This document shows, piece by piece, positions 38,801 to 52,452 of a stretch of DNA of 64,000 bases (position 1 is its first letter; every line of letters starts with the position of its first letter). The notes below the pieces were generated by a model, which saw only the letters and a list, made by a program, of their open reading frames with translations, was not told where the DNA came from and made no database searches. This stretch comes from Botryllus schlosseri (taxonomy: Eukaryota), in assembly GCA_051294905.1 (NCBI GenBank), contig CM119371.1, forward strand, positions 33,048,001-33,112,000, in the 5' to 3' direction. The position numbers and the translations under genes are program-made.

Positions 38801-39484
38801 CAGGGGTGGCCAACCCGCGGGCCAAATGTGGCCCGCGGGAGGTTTTGCGTGGCCCGCGAGGTAATTTCCTATTATATTATCGTAAATGAATCGCTCAGAT
38901 TGTGAACTTGCAATGCCAGCCAAAAAATACAATTCTGGCTGCGACACTTGGGATGTTGATGACTAAAATATCAGTTCCGACGCATTGGCAGATCCAGGGT
39001 CCAGTCACATTTTTAGTAAATCGTCGTACATTACAATAAACTAAAATAATAGCGAAATTTTTCTTCACGCTTCGCGTGTTTAATTGTCACACGATTTCTT
39101 GCTTGGTAGCCTACCCCCTACTGACAGTGAAAAAAACGCCCAATTTACCCGATTGAGTCTAACTGTATTCACAATTAAGCGAGAAAGTCTTTTCGCGTTT
39201 GCGCTCGCATAATGATCGTCGACGGTGAAATGTAGGCACAACATTATTGTCGCATATTATCGGAGACCTTCGATATCGATGTGGCCTGACGCCGAATAGT
39301 CGTGTCCTTGCAAACTGAGCGTAGCGGGCGGTATACAATAGATCCGCGATACTCAAGTAATAATATTATTGACCTAGTTTATTTATAAACTTAGAAAATT
39401 ATACCCGCTTGGCGCGACTAGTGGACCGCACACTCGTTCGTCAATTGCATGTGCCTCTTTAGCCGAAAAGGTTGGCCATTCCTG
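38801..39484. mobile_element. hAT-type MITE
   Basis: CAGGGGTGGCCAACC...GGTTGGCCATTCCTG; TSD ATCTATAT/GTCTATAT. Confidence 0.8.
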
Positions 39485-40544
39485 GTCTATATAGAATACT
39501 AAGCTACCCATAGGTTCAGTGGTTCCCAAACTTTTTCGGTGTGAGGGCCAAATTTAGAATTTCAGAGTACGGTCGGGGCCGCACGAATACTACGGCTATG
39601 AAACGGACCCAAACAGTCATCATGGCTATTTCGGAGTAGATTTATTGCCCTGGCGAGATTCCAAAACTGTACACTGTTTACCGCTACTTATCTGCTGCAT
39701 TGGGTGTCCGTTGAGTGAATCAGCTTTTCTCGCCTAAACCCGCGAAGCGCGAGAAATTTCTTTAGTTTCATGACTGAATCGGTCAATATGATCGGGAATT
39801 TATGTATTGCTATCAATTTTCATCCCGTCTCTGTTCAGGTAATCTGATTTGCCGGTAGAGCTGAGTGAGGTATGTTTGAAAAGGTATAGGCCCCCTCAAT
39901 AGTAATTAAACATCTCTGGGGGTATACGCGTTGGCAGGAACGTAACAACACTTCCTCAGGACCCCGGGCTCCCATAGGGTGATAAACTGACCCTGCATCA
40001 CGTTGTTCGCTCTTGCCACGATATTAAAGTTGTACTGTTTAGTGAGACAGCTCAACGTGCGAATATTTCGATAATTCATGATAAAATTGGTGAATAAGAT
40101 CGGTAATTGCATGGTTGACCGGTAGAGCTGAGTGAGAGGTGTCTTTGAAACTGCAGACTCCGTAAAATTAAGCATCTTCGGGCGGGCGGACCCCTAGGTA
40201 TGACTTCTTTACATGATGTTATTTCGTGACCTCCTCCTGTCTGCTATATCAAAAAATGTAGAATTGCCCAAACGTACTAAACTGAAAGATCACACGATTT
40301 CAGATTGGTATTTCTTCACTGGCATATAATTTTCTTTCTTGCTGGATGGTATTTGTCTTGTGAGGTTCAGATTGCCAAGACAAGAAAATTCGGCGCCAGT
40401 CATTTAGACGCGTATATGGACAATTAAACCTATATGTATTGTAGATATATAACGAAGTTTTTGGTATTTCGAAGTATTTGGTCAGCATAAAAGTAGTCCT
40501 TTACGGCCAAGGCTTTCTCGCTGCCGATCGTTCTGACACACTTC

Positions 40545-42007
40545 CAGAGGTGGTCAGTAACGAAGTACTTCTACTTTTTTAAAGTACTCAAGTAGTTTTC
40601 CTCTACTTCTGGTACTTACTCAAGTATATCTGATTTTCGCTACTTCTACTTCTACTTCGTAATTTTTTGTGATCTACTCACTTACTTTTCGCTACTTTCA
40701 GTTTGACAAGTAGAAGTAGTTTAATCCTCCAATCAGGAAGATAGCATGACGAATTTCGGGGCTGTTTTCAAGGAGTATCAACATTTAATTTACATAAAAG
40801 TTGAGTAAAGCCCAGAATTTTTGTCGCGCTCCGCGCTCAGTGGATACGGAGTAACCAGTATGATTTTACGAAAGTTTCGGTGAATATAATTTAGGTAGGG
40901 GGTTGGTGTGGTTCCGTTCACACCGCATTGTCGCCCTTCACCCATGTGAAGTATTTCATCACAGTATACATTGCTCATCATAACGTTTGAAACTGATATT
41001 TAGCAATCTAGCATTTCTCTATCATATCGTAATCTATCAGTCCATGGCGTACCCTAATCTGGAAAAGTGGAATCTGACTTTTGTTAGCTTCAGAGCTGTT
41101 TTAGCATGCCACCATTGAAACATTCTGGACTAAAGACATATGAAATACATTTTCCGCTTTTATAATTAATATTTATATTTCACTTTCAATTCCCAGTATC
41201 ATATATTTCGACTTATAATTGATATCGGTTCTTTTGTCTGGATAACATACATGTTGAAGTATAATAGTAAGTAAATAGCTGGTTCGTGGTACAGAACTTG
41301 AATATAGCTTTCAATACAATATCCACTGTAAAATAATATTTATTGAACTCGAAGACTTTTCGGGTGCCTCTTTTCAAGAGTTAACGGCACACTGAAGGGA
41401 TTTAAACAGATTTAAAAGAAAAACCAAAAAGCAAGTGTAGTAATGCCTTTAATTTCCGGAAAGAAAGCTACACAACATGGCATTTTTACGTTGCACCATA
41501 TTTTTTATTCATGTTTACTAATCGCGCAAAGTGTTTACTCCGTATCCTATACAACTTCTTCGTGTTGCTCTTCGACTAAACTACGGGCCTTATAATATGG
41601 GGGAGTGCGCCATACCATGACATTTTCTGAAACGTGCTGTTCGATTAAACACAGGATTAGTATCGCATTTCCATGTCAATACCATCATTTTTATCCCATG
41701 ATGCGGACAAATACTTATGCTGTCGAAAATTGAATACCTCGTGGTATGCATCAATATGAATTAAGCTCGAGACCTTTTCGCATAGCTTTTAATATGCCCC
41801 TTTTGACAACCCATGCGAACGAATTACGATCGTTTTCACAACTACTTACTTACTTGAGTAGATTTAAAGTCGTTCAATTCTACTTCTACTTCAAGTACTT
41901 TTAGGTTGCTTGTGAAAGAAGTACTTCTACTCGTACTTGAGTAGATTTCTTCGTCGCTACTTCTACTTCTACTTGAATAGCTTTCTTGACTACTTTGACC
42001 ACCTCTG
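40545..42007. mobile_element. Second copy (inverted) of the CAGAGGTGGTCA element
   Basis: TSD CACACTTC; colinear with 19523-20821 plus an extra ~155-bp insert. Confidence 0.9.
41273..41426 (-). mobile_element. Penelope-like retroelement 3' fragment with degenerate hammerhead motif (41346-41382)
   Basis: Absent from the sister MITE copy; flanked by AATAGTAAGT/AAAAGCAAGT; shares the AAGTTCTGTACC...AGCTRTT tail with 47828-47863 and ~57145-57173. Confidence 0.6.
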
Positions 42008-43170
42008 CACACTTCTTGGTGTCACATGTTACATGGACTAAAACGTTAAATGTCTTGGTGCGTTGTGGTGCGATCATGGCCAACGCTGATATGCCCATTT
42101 CTATAAATCTTGCGTATTTTTTCTTGGGGAAGAGTACACAATAATCAAGATATGTGGCGAATTGAAATCGCGAATAGCGCGAAAAATGTTTGAAAAGTTG
42201 CATAAATTTTCCCAAAATACTCTATAATTCAGCTAATTCACGAAATAATTTTGAGCCCCGTTCCAGCTCGGCCCCCTTCAATTGGGGGGTTTGGGGTGCG
42301 GCAGTCACGGCCTTGACTATATAGACTACCAATTATGCTGCTTTTAGCCGGCTGAGCAGTAGGCCTATGCATCTAGTCGTATTCAACCGTGAGTCACGTG
42401 TTGCACATCTAGTCATCATAGGGTTACCATACGTCCTCTTTTAAGATGATTTGTCCTCTTTTTTATTTTTTTTAAAAGTGTCCTAGGAGGACGCCCAAAT
42501 GTCTTCTTTTTTGAGGATTTTGGTTACATAGGGCCCAATTCGACTGATATACATTAAGTCAGCACTGTAGGAACGCTATGGTGGCTATTTCGGGAGCTGG
42601 ACCGGAAAGTTGACCTTTTTTCAGTCAACCACTGTATTTTCCGTGAGTTGAGCCTCTTTTTCTTTTTTAGTCAAGCGACCACGAAGTGGGAAATATTTAC
42701 CATTGTTTCAGGATTTTCCTCCAATTTTGAAAGTTATCAATACCTATTTATATCTATAGCTACTGCTCTTTCAACTGGAAAGTTAGGGCACATTGCATTG
42801 AAATAGCAGGGTCGTCATGTTAGCAGTCTATACTCACAACTTTCCTGCAATTCTATAATTAAAAACTACAGAGGCCAAGCCAAACAAAGAGTATTCTATA
42901 AATATAAATTTCATTTTTTGTCATAAATCGATTTCCTAATATATTTTGGGGGCCGCAAAAAGGCTATCTGGGGGCCGCACTTGGGAATCACTGCATAGGC
43001 TAGTTATCTATAGTAATCTCGAGTCTGTCAGCCGTCAGTAGCATCCGATGTAGCAACGAAGACATATAGGTGACATACTACTACGAAGACATATATGTAA
43101 ATTGTCGACAACATCATAGTTGCACTAGGACGCACTTTACTCTATACCATTGCTGTGCACACGTGCACAG

Positions 43171-43787
43171 TAGGGCTGTTCAAAAATAACTTTTTCTTCC
43201 CGATTCATGCCGTTCACCTCTTAAATCGTCAGGTTGCAGTAGAAAACCTTGCTCACCAAATTTCACTCGATTCCAATCAGTAAAGGCATCCGCAGATCCA
43301 ATTAAAATTTTTAATTTATTATGGAAAATTAAAAAAAAAAAAATTCCAAATTTTTCTGCCAACTCCATGAAATTGTTGAGCCGTCTTCAAAGACGTTGCA
43401 AAACAAATTTGAGTCAATTCCGACCAGTAGAAGCGGAGTTATGTGAGTTTTTCGATGATAATCCTCGGATTATCCTTGATTGGTGGATAATCCGCGATTT
43501 ATCACCGAAAAACTCACATAACTCCGCTTCTACTGGTCGGAATTGACTCAAATTTGTTTTGCAACGTCTTTGAAGACGGCTCAACAATTTCATGGGGTTG
43601 GCAGAAAAATTTGGAATTTTTTTTTTTAATTTTCCATAATAAATTAAAAATTTTAATTGGATCTGCGGATGCCTTTACTGATCGGAATCGAGTGAAATTT
43701 GGTGAGCAAGGTTTTCTACTGCAACCTGACGATTTAAGAGGTGAACGGCTTGAATCGGGAAGAAAAAGTTATTTTTGAACAGCCCTA
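43171..43787. mobile_element. Palindromic TAGGG-ended (hATm-like) MITE
   Basis: TIR TAGGGCTGTTCAAAAATAAC extending ~290 bp; TSD GTGCACAG. Confidence 0.92.
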
Positions 43788-45759
43788 GTGCACAGTTTGC
43801 ACAGCATTAAAATTCAGGCCTGCTGTTCAATTATGATAAATCAGCAGATGCGGTTGTTGCATAATGGCATCTTATGAAATAGGTCGGAGCCGGAGCTACT
43901 CCTCAAATAACGGGCTCCAGATCCGGCTCCGGCTCCAGCTGAATTTTATGTAGATCTCCGGCTCCGGCTCCGGCTCCAGCTCCGGTAAAAATGTACGGCT
44001 CCAGGGCTCCGGCTCCGGGCTCCGGCTCCGGCTCTAAAGCCCTGATCCTTACCCCAACGTCCCAACCCACCTTCAACCCTAATATCCCCCACCTGCAACC
44101 CTAATATCCCCTCATCAGTCCTGATACAGCTGATATAGCTGTTATACAGCTGATACCTGAGTGATACAGCTGATACCTGAGTGATACAGCTGATACCCGA
44201 GTGATACAGCTGATACTCGAGTGATACATCGGATACCTGAGTGATACAGCTGATATCAGAGTGATACAGCTGATACGTGGGTGATACAGCTGACGCAACT
44301 GATACAACTGATACAGCTGTGATACAGCGCGTATATCCACAGCGCCCTTGATGTGTGCTCGAGTTTGGGTTGTTATTGCTTTGAATAGGTATTCGGTAAG
44401 GCTTTGGTTCAAGAGAGTCCGGCTGCGTAGTAATCCTTTACAAAGTGTTTCACTTAGCGTGAATGGTTTTAACAGAAACAAGATCAAGGAACGGGAATTT
44501 AAACCGTGAAAACTGGGTTTGTATCTCTGCCTGGATGAATTTGCTTTCACAGATATGAATAGAAAACCGATGTGACATATTTGTCGAAGAACTGCTGTCA
44601 TGACGAATCGTAAAAGCTTAACATGATACCACGGAAGTTTATTCTGGGGTTACACATATCGCCTGATCTAAAAAAACGTTTCTAGCTAGGTGTCAAGTCC
44701 AGCAATCCATATTTCGAGGCAGTGTTAAAATTGCCGACGACGTTACATACGCGTCGTTCCAAATTGCTTGGAATATCGCTAAACCCACGTAATCTGCTAG
44801 AGAAGGTGCGAAATCAATAAAACTTTAACATACTGTGCGTATATTTGCGGTTTCCGGAACTTAGCAGCCAGGACGAAATCACCTCACAAATTTTGAAGAT
44901 ATACAGGTATACAGTTGTCTGAATCAACCGTGGCCAGAAGAGTAACAACAATGTCCGTTGGTCTTTCATCGCTTGTTCTGAAACACGTTACCGCGTGGAC
45001 TAAAAGTTAGCCTAGCATTGTACGAATCCGCCGACTGCACAGCTAATCTGGGTACATTTTATCAGAGTAGACATATGCAGATAAAATGCTGGTAGGGCAA
45101 ACGTGAGGAAGGGCCGACGAAAAACATCAACTATTGACAAATCTGACCTCAGTAACTATTAGTGCAGGGTTACAGCCACGGAAGGAAAGGAGACGGATTG
45201 ATTGGTTTGCTCATAAATGACCCCAAACCACAGAATTCTTCTCATATCACTGAGAGCTCGACGTGATAATGGCCCCAGTATCGAAAAAGTTACCGTAGTT
45301 TTATACGTGCTCGCGCACGCATTAAACATAGTTTGGTTTTCTGGTGGAAAGGATTGATGTAAGAAATCTAGCAAGCGTACGCCGTACGGGATCTATCTCG
45401 ATTCAATGTGTTGTTTATTGTACCATAAAAACCAAATGCGTGTGATTCTGGTGTTGGCTACTGCTGTATAACTTGCTAATGGGGTAAAACCCGTGGCACA
45501 CTCTGCCAATATCAACCATAGCAATACTCGACGCCGAATATATTGTCCGGTCTGGCCTAGACCGTTAGGGCGTAAGCTTATATTCCCTTGCAAGTCCTCG
45601 TTGAAACTGTTGGCAAAGCGACGGGTCATATTTATTTTATGAGATTATTATATAATTTGATTGCTGCAGGTGATACATTTGGTGACGTTTGGAAAGTCAG
45701 TATGTACTTCAGCATTGTGGCATTATGTGGCCCGAGTCGTTGCTAGATATCGTGTACAT

Positions 45760-46112
45760 TAGGGCTGTTCAAAAATAACCTATTTTCCTTAATCTTGCGG
45801 GCTACGTGATTAAATCGTTAGGTTGCCTTAAAAAACGACGCACACCAAATTTGAATTCATTCCAACCAATATTCGCGGTTTACATAGAGTTTGAAAATTT
45901 TGAATTTGCCCAGAAAAGCAAAAAAAAAAAATTTTCAAATTTTTCTGCCAACCCCATGAAATTGTTGAACTGTCTTCAAAAACTATGCAAAACAAATTTG
46001 ACTAAATTCCAAGCCGTAGAAGTGGAGTTATATCAGTTTTTCTTTGATAATCCTGGGATTATCCTTGATCGGTGGATAACCCAAGAAGTTTCATCAAAAA
46101 ACTGGAATAACT
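45760..46112. mobile_element. Left half of the same palindromic MITE family
   Basis: Starts TAGGGCTGTTCAAAAATAAC; breaks off just past the centre. Confidence 0.75.
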
Positions 46113-46479
46113 TTTACTCGATAGATTAGACAGCTTGATGACTGCTTGCAGACGTCTGCGGTTTTGTTAATTGCCCGCGATCTGGCAATCCGCGGGTTTA
46201 GTTGTGATGTTGGTTGCCTAGTATTGCTTTCAATTACGTCAACACATTATATTAGAATCATACGCTGGATGTTTAGACGAAATAACACCGCTCAATAACA
46301 TGACTATTTGACATACTGTAGTAGCCAAAGCAAATATTTTCAAATAATGAAACGCCAGACTTTATCCTGAAGTCTTCAGGCATAAGCACAAGCTATTTAT
46401 TGGATTACTGATTACGGGTATTGGTACCGCGTTGTTGATATTCCCGCCATACACAGGAACGGACGGTTTTATCAACTCT

Positions 46480-46900
46480 ATTGAGATGATCTAACATTGC
46501 GTACATTCACACAGCGCCAGGTCATCTACCATCGTGTGTTGCATTTGTCCGCATCGCCGGGGATTCGGTTCTTGTTAGGATTGGAGGATCGCTGTTGTAG
46601 ACAACAGCTTGTGTGTGGTATATAGGTAGTGATTAAACAGAGCGTTGTGATGAATTAACCGATTTTGCGAATCCATCGGAAACCTTTCTGATGAAAAATG
46701 TCTGCCGATTTGGGAATAGCCTACGCAGCCCACATGCTCACAGCGCAATTTCCGCAATATACACGGACAAACCGTAACAAAGAGACTGAGTAAGGCGTTG
46801 AGTCTGCCCACGGCTTGACTCGAAAAGCGCTTGCTCAAACGCCGCATTTCGAGATCGACTCCAACCTCAGATCGTCATTGAAAACCATAACCACAAAAGT
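46480..46900 (-). pseudogene. Possible decayed GIY-YIG endonuclease region of a Penelope-like element
   Basis: KLRCEHVGCVGYSQIGRHFSSERF...HNALFNHYLYTTH resembles C..C...YIGQTGR...R..EH...SA...H...H; heavily degenerate. Confidence 0.4.
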
Positions 46901-47476
46901 ACAACTCGAAAGAGCGTCAAGTTCGACTCCAGTCGAACTCAAACTCGTTTTCTCGCTTCGCTTTCTGAATACCGCTTCTTACGCAATGTTGACGCAAAAT
47001 GAGTTTGAGCACTGAGTTAGGTTTCTTGAATACGGGCCAAAGTGTCATTCAACTTATGCGACCTTCGTTTGTGCTCGCAGAAAGACCGTCGACTATGATA
47101 CCACGGCACAATATGATTGACGCATGTTGGTAGAAGTTTCGATATCGATATGTCCAGGCGTTGAATAGTCCAGTCCTTGCAAACTGAGCCCAGCGATATA
47201 CGGCATGACCGCAATATAGTGAAGTGACAATATTATTGACCTATGAACTTCGAAAAATTTTCGCGCCTGGCGCGGCTAGTGGCCCGCGCAATAGCCCGTC
47301 AATCGAATGTGGCCCTTTCGCTGAAAAGGTTGGGCACCCCTGCGATAAGGTGAGTAAAATTAAAATAAATGCAAAATGAAAGAATCTCCTGATAACTACG
47401 AATTACAAAATTTTGGTTCTCATTTACATTTTCACTTGCTCGGAAACTGTTGAATTGCATTTGATGAACATTAGGG

Positions 47477-48064
47477 CAGTGTTGGGATGACTTGAGTCAC
47501 CTTTTTCGTATGACTTGACTTGATTCGAGTCACTTTGCTAAAATGACTTGACTTGAATTGACTCGGCGCATCAGAACTGTGGATTGACTCGTGACGCGGA
47601 GCAAAATTCACGAGTCAATTTCAAGTCGGTGTCGATAAAAATCACTGCATCTTCCATATGTTCGGATTGCTCGCGAAACACTGATGTAACTCGTGAGAAG
47701 AGCGACCAATCATTCAATTATCGTGTGTTTTACTGAGCCTGCATTGTTCTCTCACAAATAAATTGACCACAAACGAAGTGATCGAAGCTGACAGCTTACG
47801 TTGTCGTAAAGTAGTGGTGAAGTAATTGTACATTGAAGTTCTGTACCTCCAAGAAGCTGTTTAAAGTAATTTAACAATATATTCATTTCGGTTCTTTGTT
47901 CTTATCTTAGGCAAACCTCTTGTTTTATTGAAATTGAATTCAAATATAGTTGACTAGACTCGAGTCACCTTCGAAAATTGACTGCCTTGACTTGACTCGA
48001 GTCAAAATATGCAATTACTAGAAATGACTCGTGACTCGAAGGTAGTGACTTGATCCCAACACTG
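47477..48064. mobile_element. hAT-type MITE
   Basis: TIR CAGTGTTGGGAT; TSD CATTAGGG. Confidence 0.88.
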
Positions 48065-48729
48065 CATTAGGGTGCGAAAACTTCTGGCCCCAGTAAATTT
48101 GGCCAAGATTGGGGTAAGATTGAGATAGCATCTCTACAAATGCGTGATCAAGTTTGATGAAGCCTTAGTCTGATGGGTATGCCACATTTAGGGACCGCAA
48201 CTGGTCGTTTCGATATCTTCCTATCTGTGCATTGCATCGCATTATACATTGTTTGTCTTGAGTGGGTAAAATAATATATCCACCGATTATGCCACACTGT
48301 GAATTTGGATTCCCTAGTTTTTGGTTGCTTACTTCGACCTTGTTGAACAGATTATCTCGCGGCACCCCTGTACAGTCCAATTGGGAGACTAGTGTGCCGC
48401 GCCCCACCGCTTGAGAACCGTTTCTTTAGACTATCATACTTAGTATCTAACCCCATCGTATAGCTTACTGTAAAATTGTTGACTTGTGCTTTCGAAGAAC
48501 CACAGAGTAAAGCCGGTTTAGCACCGGTATAATTTTTCAACCATCCATGATCTATGATACTGGAAAAATAAAGTAGTTATCTAATATTAGGAATTTTCAT
48601 AATTAATAGACATAAACTACAAAGCAAGCTAACAAGTCCGTAATACAAATAGATAATATCTGCAGATGTTGTCGCAGTGGGTGAAAGGACCCCATCCGAT
48701 GGCCATCATATTACCCAGTTGAATACTGC

Positions 48730-48992
48730 TTTTCGTGGTTTGAGAGAGATATGATATTCTTTTCCGCCTGCACCACCGAGATGCTTTGACGACGGAGTTG
48801 CGATACGGCCCCATGAGGCCATCTAGTCTGCGCCCCCGTTTTTTTCTCCTCCATGCTCTCCGTGATTGCTGAGCGCCTAGCAGGATAGCTGCGGATATCA
48901 ATTTTCGAATCTTTGGTATGACCCGGCCGGGGATCGAACCCACGACCTACCGCTCGAGAAGCCGGACGCATAACCATTACACTATCTCGCTA
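48730..48992 (-). mobile_element. tRNA-derived SINE
   Basis: Minus strand A box TAGTGTAATGG and B box GGTTCGATCC, followed by non-tRNA body GGGTCATACCAAAG...; no acceptor stem; 3' limit approximate. Confidence 0.7.
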
Positions 48993-49745
48993 TGTTATAT
49001 CTGCTGCCATTTACAGGAAAATGACACCCCTGAACAATTTTGTTCGTCGAAATTACACGCACAGAGTATTATGAATATGATATATGTCCGTTTCCTATGA
49101 AATCATATCAATCGCATTTTCGATTTGTAGCATAGGCCTACTTATTTAAGATTGTTTCTATTAAATTGTTAGCATTTTTCATTTCGTTGACACCCCGAGT
49201 GAAACGAAAACCTGCTTACATACCTATCATTTTGGTATCGTATATACAGTAGATGTATAATACGGCAATCAGTAGGGGAAGCAATTGAATATTGGCGCAC
49301 TTCCTTATGTTCTCATCTTCTGTTATGAGTGCACTAGAGAGTAGGCTTTTCTAAATACACAGAAAAATGCCTCCCACCCAGGTCTTGGGAGAACCCGCAT
49401 GCTGCATTTTGAAGCGAGCCTACTAGAAACTGCATCAGTAAACTCACCATACCCTATCTCACCATAGACATTGAAATTGCCTGTTTTGTATTCGGTTGCC
49501 ACCATTCACGAACTCAAAACATCTGTGCAAGGTCATCACGTAGGATCGGAATTTTTCCTCCAGTTAGACAACCACGTGTGACGGATATGTCTTCGCTTTG
49601 TGTTGTCCTCCATATTGTTATTGCAAATAGACTATTAAATCGTTCCCAACCAGGTCAAGGCTGCAGTGCAATTCATCGGATCCTACTTAGCTCGTAGCCT
49701 TCTCCTACTACTACTCAGACTCCTACGAAACGATACTAAATAAGC

Positions 49746-50451
49746 CAGGGCTGGCCAACCTTTTCGGCCAAAAGGCCACATTCGATTGACGAACCTTTGC
49801 GCGGGCCACTATCCGCGCGAAGCAGGAAAATTTTTTTCAGTTCATAGGTCAATAATATTGTCACTTGACTATATTGCGGGCCTGGTGCATATCGCTGGGC
49901 TAAGTTTGCGAGGACTGGGCTATTCGGCGCATGAACATATCGATATCGACAGCTGTGACCAACATGCGTCAATAATTTCGTGCCCAGGTTTCACGGTGGA
50001 CGGTCTTACTGCGAGCGCAAACGCAAGGTCGCATATGTTGAACGACACTTTGTCTCGTAATCGCGAATATAGTTAGACTCAATCTGATACATTAGGTGTT
50101 CTTCCATTTTCACAAAAGGGCAACACCACTAAAAACAAGAAATCGAGTGACAACATATTGCGCTAAGCATGTAGAAAATTTTTACCTTTGATAAATCTAT
50201 CGCAAATTATTCTGCTTTATTGTAGTGTACGAAGATGTACCAATATGTGAATGGCTGATGGATCTGTCAATGCGTCGTAACTGATATTTTAGTCATCACA
50301 TCTCAAGTATTGCGGCCAGACTAATCAAATTTTTGATTGGCCTTGCAAGCTCAAAATCTGTGCAATCCATTTTTGATGATATTAGAAATTTCGGAAATTA
50401 CCTTGCGGGCCCCTCAAAACCTTCTCGCGGGCCACGGGTTGGCCGGCCCTG
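49746..50451. mobile_element. hAT-type MITE, full-length
   Basis: CAGGGCTGGCCAACC...GGTTGGCCGGCCCTG; TSD poorly conserved. Confidence 0.8.
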
Positions 50452-50487
50452 CTCTAGGCTATTCGTCGCCATATCATACGTGTATAC

Positions 50488-52294
50488 CAGTGGTTCTTAA
50501 CCTCGCCTCCAGCGCCCCACAAGGGGCGCTGGCGATTTTGAAGGGGGCAGAAACGCTCAGGGGGCGCTGAGCTCAGGGGGGCGATATGGGGGGCGCTGGA
50601 GAAAAATGGCTTCGCAGTAGATGATGTGGTAGTACTTCGTTATATATATAGCCTACAAAAGACATATAGGTTTAATTGTCCATAGGCGCCTAAATGACTG
50701 GCACCGAATATTCCTGTCTTGGCAATCTGAACCTCAGAAGACGAATTCCATCTGGCAGGGAAAAATTATATGCCAGTGAAGAAATACTAATTTGAAATCG
50801 TGTGCGTCTTTTAGTTTAGTACGATTGGGCGACAGGGATATAGAACTAGATATCCCTGTTGGTCGATTCTATAGTTTTTGATATAGTAGACAGAAGGTCA
50901 CAAAATAACATTATGCAACGAAGTCATACCAACGGGTTTGCCCGCCCGAATATGTTTAATTATTAGTTACGGGCCTTACAGTTTCCAAGACACCTCACAA
51001 TGTTTCCTCTACGTTTTGACGAGTCTGCTGCGCACACTCACCGACTTACTGCGCAGACCCTTGGACAACAGTGCGTAACGACTAAAAAAAGGTCATAACT
51101 TCGGATTTGTTGTGCGCAACGTAGATTTTCTGTGGGCAGAGACCGTGTCAGCATTGCGCACGTGCGCAGCGTAGAGGGAGCATTGCACCTCACTCAGCTC
51201 TACAGGTAAATCTGGTAACGTGAGCAGAGAGGACAAGAAATTGATAGCAATATATATGCAATTCCGGATCTTATTGACCGATTTTATCACGAATTATCGA
51301 AAATTTTCCCGCTTCGCACTGGCTCGCTAAACAGTAGGCCTACGGCCGATTTCATGGCAAAAGCGAACAACGTGATGGGGGGCGGTCGGTTTATCACCCT
51401 ATGGGAGCCCAAGACCCAAGTTTTTTCGGTGGGCCCGACAAAGTGTCGTTTCGTTCCTGCCAACGGGTATACTCACGAAGTTGTATAATTATTATTGAGG
51501 GGTCCTACCTTTTCAATCACACATCACTCAGCTCTAACGGTAAATCTGTTTACGGGGGCAGAGAGAGGATAAAAATTGATATCAATATATATGCAATTCC
51601 CGATCATATTGACCACTTCAATCAATAATTATTGAAATTTTTCGCGCTTCGTGCGTGTAGGCGAGAATAGCTGGCTCAGTGAATGGACACCCAATGTAGA
51701 TGACCAATATCAGCAAATAGCGGATAGCCGAAGGGGGTCTGGGAGCGAAGCCCCCCGGAAGTTTGGTTTATCACCCTATGGGGAGCCCAAGACCAATGTT
51801 TTTTTGGGGGGTGACGAAGTGCTGTTACGGCCCCGGTATCGAATTAATTGTACCCACGGGCACGTCCGAATATGTTTAATTATTAATTACGTGCCCTTTA
51901 TTTTCCAATACAACAGCTCACACAGCGCTAGTGGTAAATCTGATTACGTGGGCTGAGAGGATAAAAAGTATATAGCGACATATATATGTAATTTCCACCT
52001 ATTCATTCATGCATTATAGAAAATTTTGGCACCTAGGGCGACCAGGCCACACAAACTCTGCTGACCATCGAAATCACGCTACGGGGTTCTTGAGGGTGAA
52101 GCCCTCAGAAGCCTGGTTTATCACGCTATGGGTGCGCAAGGTAATCGTTTTTAAGGTGGTTGACAAAGTGCTGTTACGGCCCTCCCTCTTACTCATTGTC
52201 TTTATTATGTTCCGTACAATATGAGGTTGGGGGGCGCTGAAGCACGATAATCTTTGAAAGGGGGCGCTGGAGGAAAAAAGGTTAAGAACCACTG
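50488..52294. mobile_element. hAT-type non-autonomous element (partial inverted sister copy at 59147-60420)
   Basis: TIR CAGTGGTTCTTAACCT; TSD GTGTATAC. Confidence 0.9.
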
Positions 52295-52452
52295 GTGTAT
52301 ACGATGTCTTATTAAAAGCCTGGATGTAGGCCTTGCTACAAGTCGGCAGCTATACGGTATCAAAATGAAGAAAATTGGCCTGGTGTCAATGACCATAGTA
52401 TTCGACAAACACCATGAATACCAGAAACAACTACAACAGCAACCACAACAAC
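52295..52452 (+). mobile_element. SINE 3' part with stem-loop and (CAA)n-like tail
   Basis: GGCCTGGTGTCAATGACCATAGTATTCGACAAACACCATG shared with ~56390-56430 and ~54340-54380. Confidence 0.65.

Larger units (their letters stand above)
39517..42993. mobile_element. hAT-type non-autonomous element
   Basis: CAGTGGTTCCCAA...TTGGGAATCACTG; TSD CATAGGTT/CATAGGCT. Confidence 0.8.
38636..44044. mobile_element. hAT-type MITE with (GGCTCC)n subterminal repeats, expanded by nested insertions
   Basis: CAGGGCTTTGGAGC...GCTCTAAAGCCCTG; TSD ATCCTTAC. Confidence 0.85.
37796..44342. mobile_element. Foldback-like element with GTATCAGCT subterminal arrays, host of a nested stack
   Basis: CTGTGGATATA...TATATCCACAG; inverted GTATCAGCT arrays at ~37810-37900 and ~44120-44330; the AACCCTAA-rich body resumes across the 38636-44044 insertion; TSD unclear. 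Confidence 0.6.

Noticed and set aside
44101..44601. 166-aa ORF
   Set aside because: Its open frame is largely due to the GATACAGCT repeat array
48915..48992. Functional tRNA gene
   Set aside because: A and B boxes are present, but there is no pairing acceptor stem and no Pol III terminator; it continues into a SINE-like body
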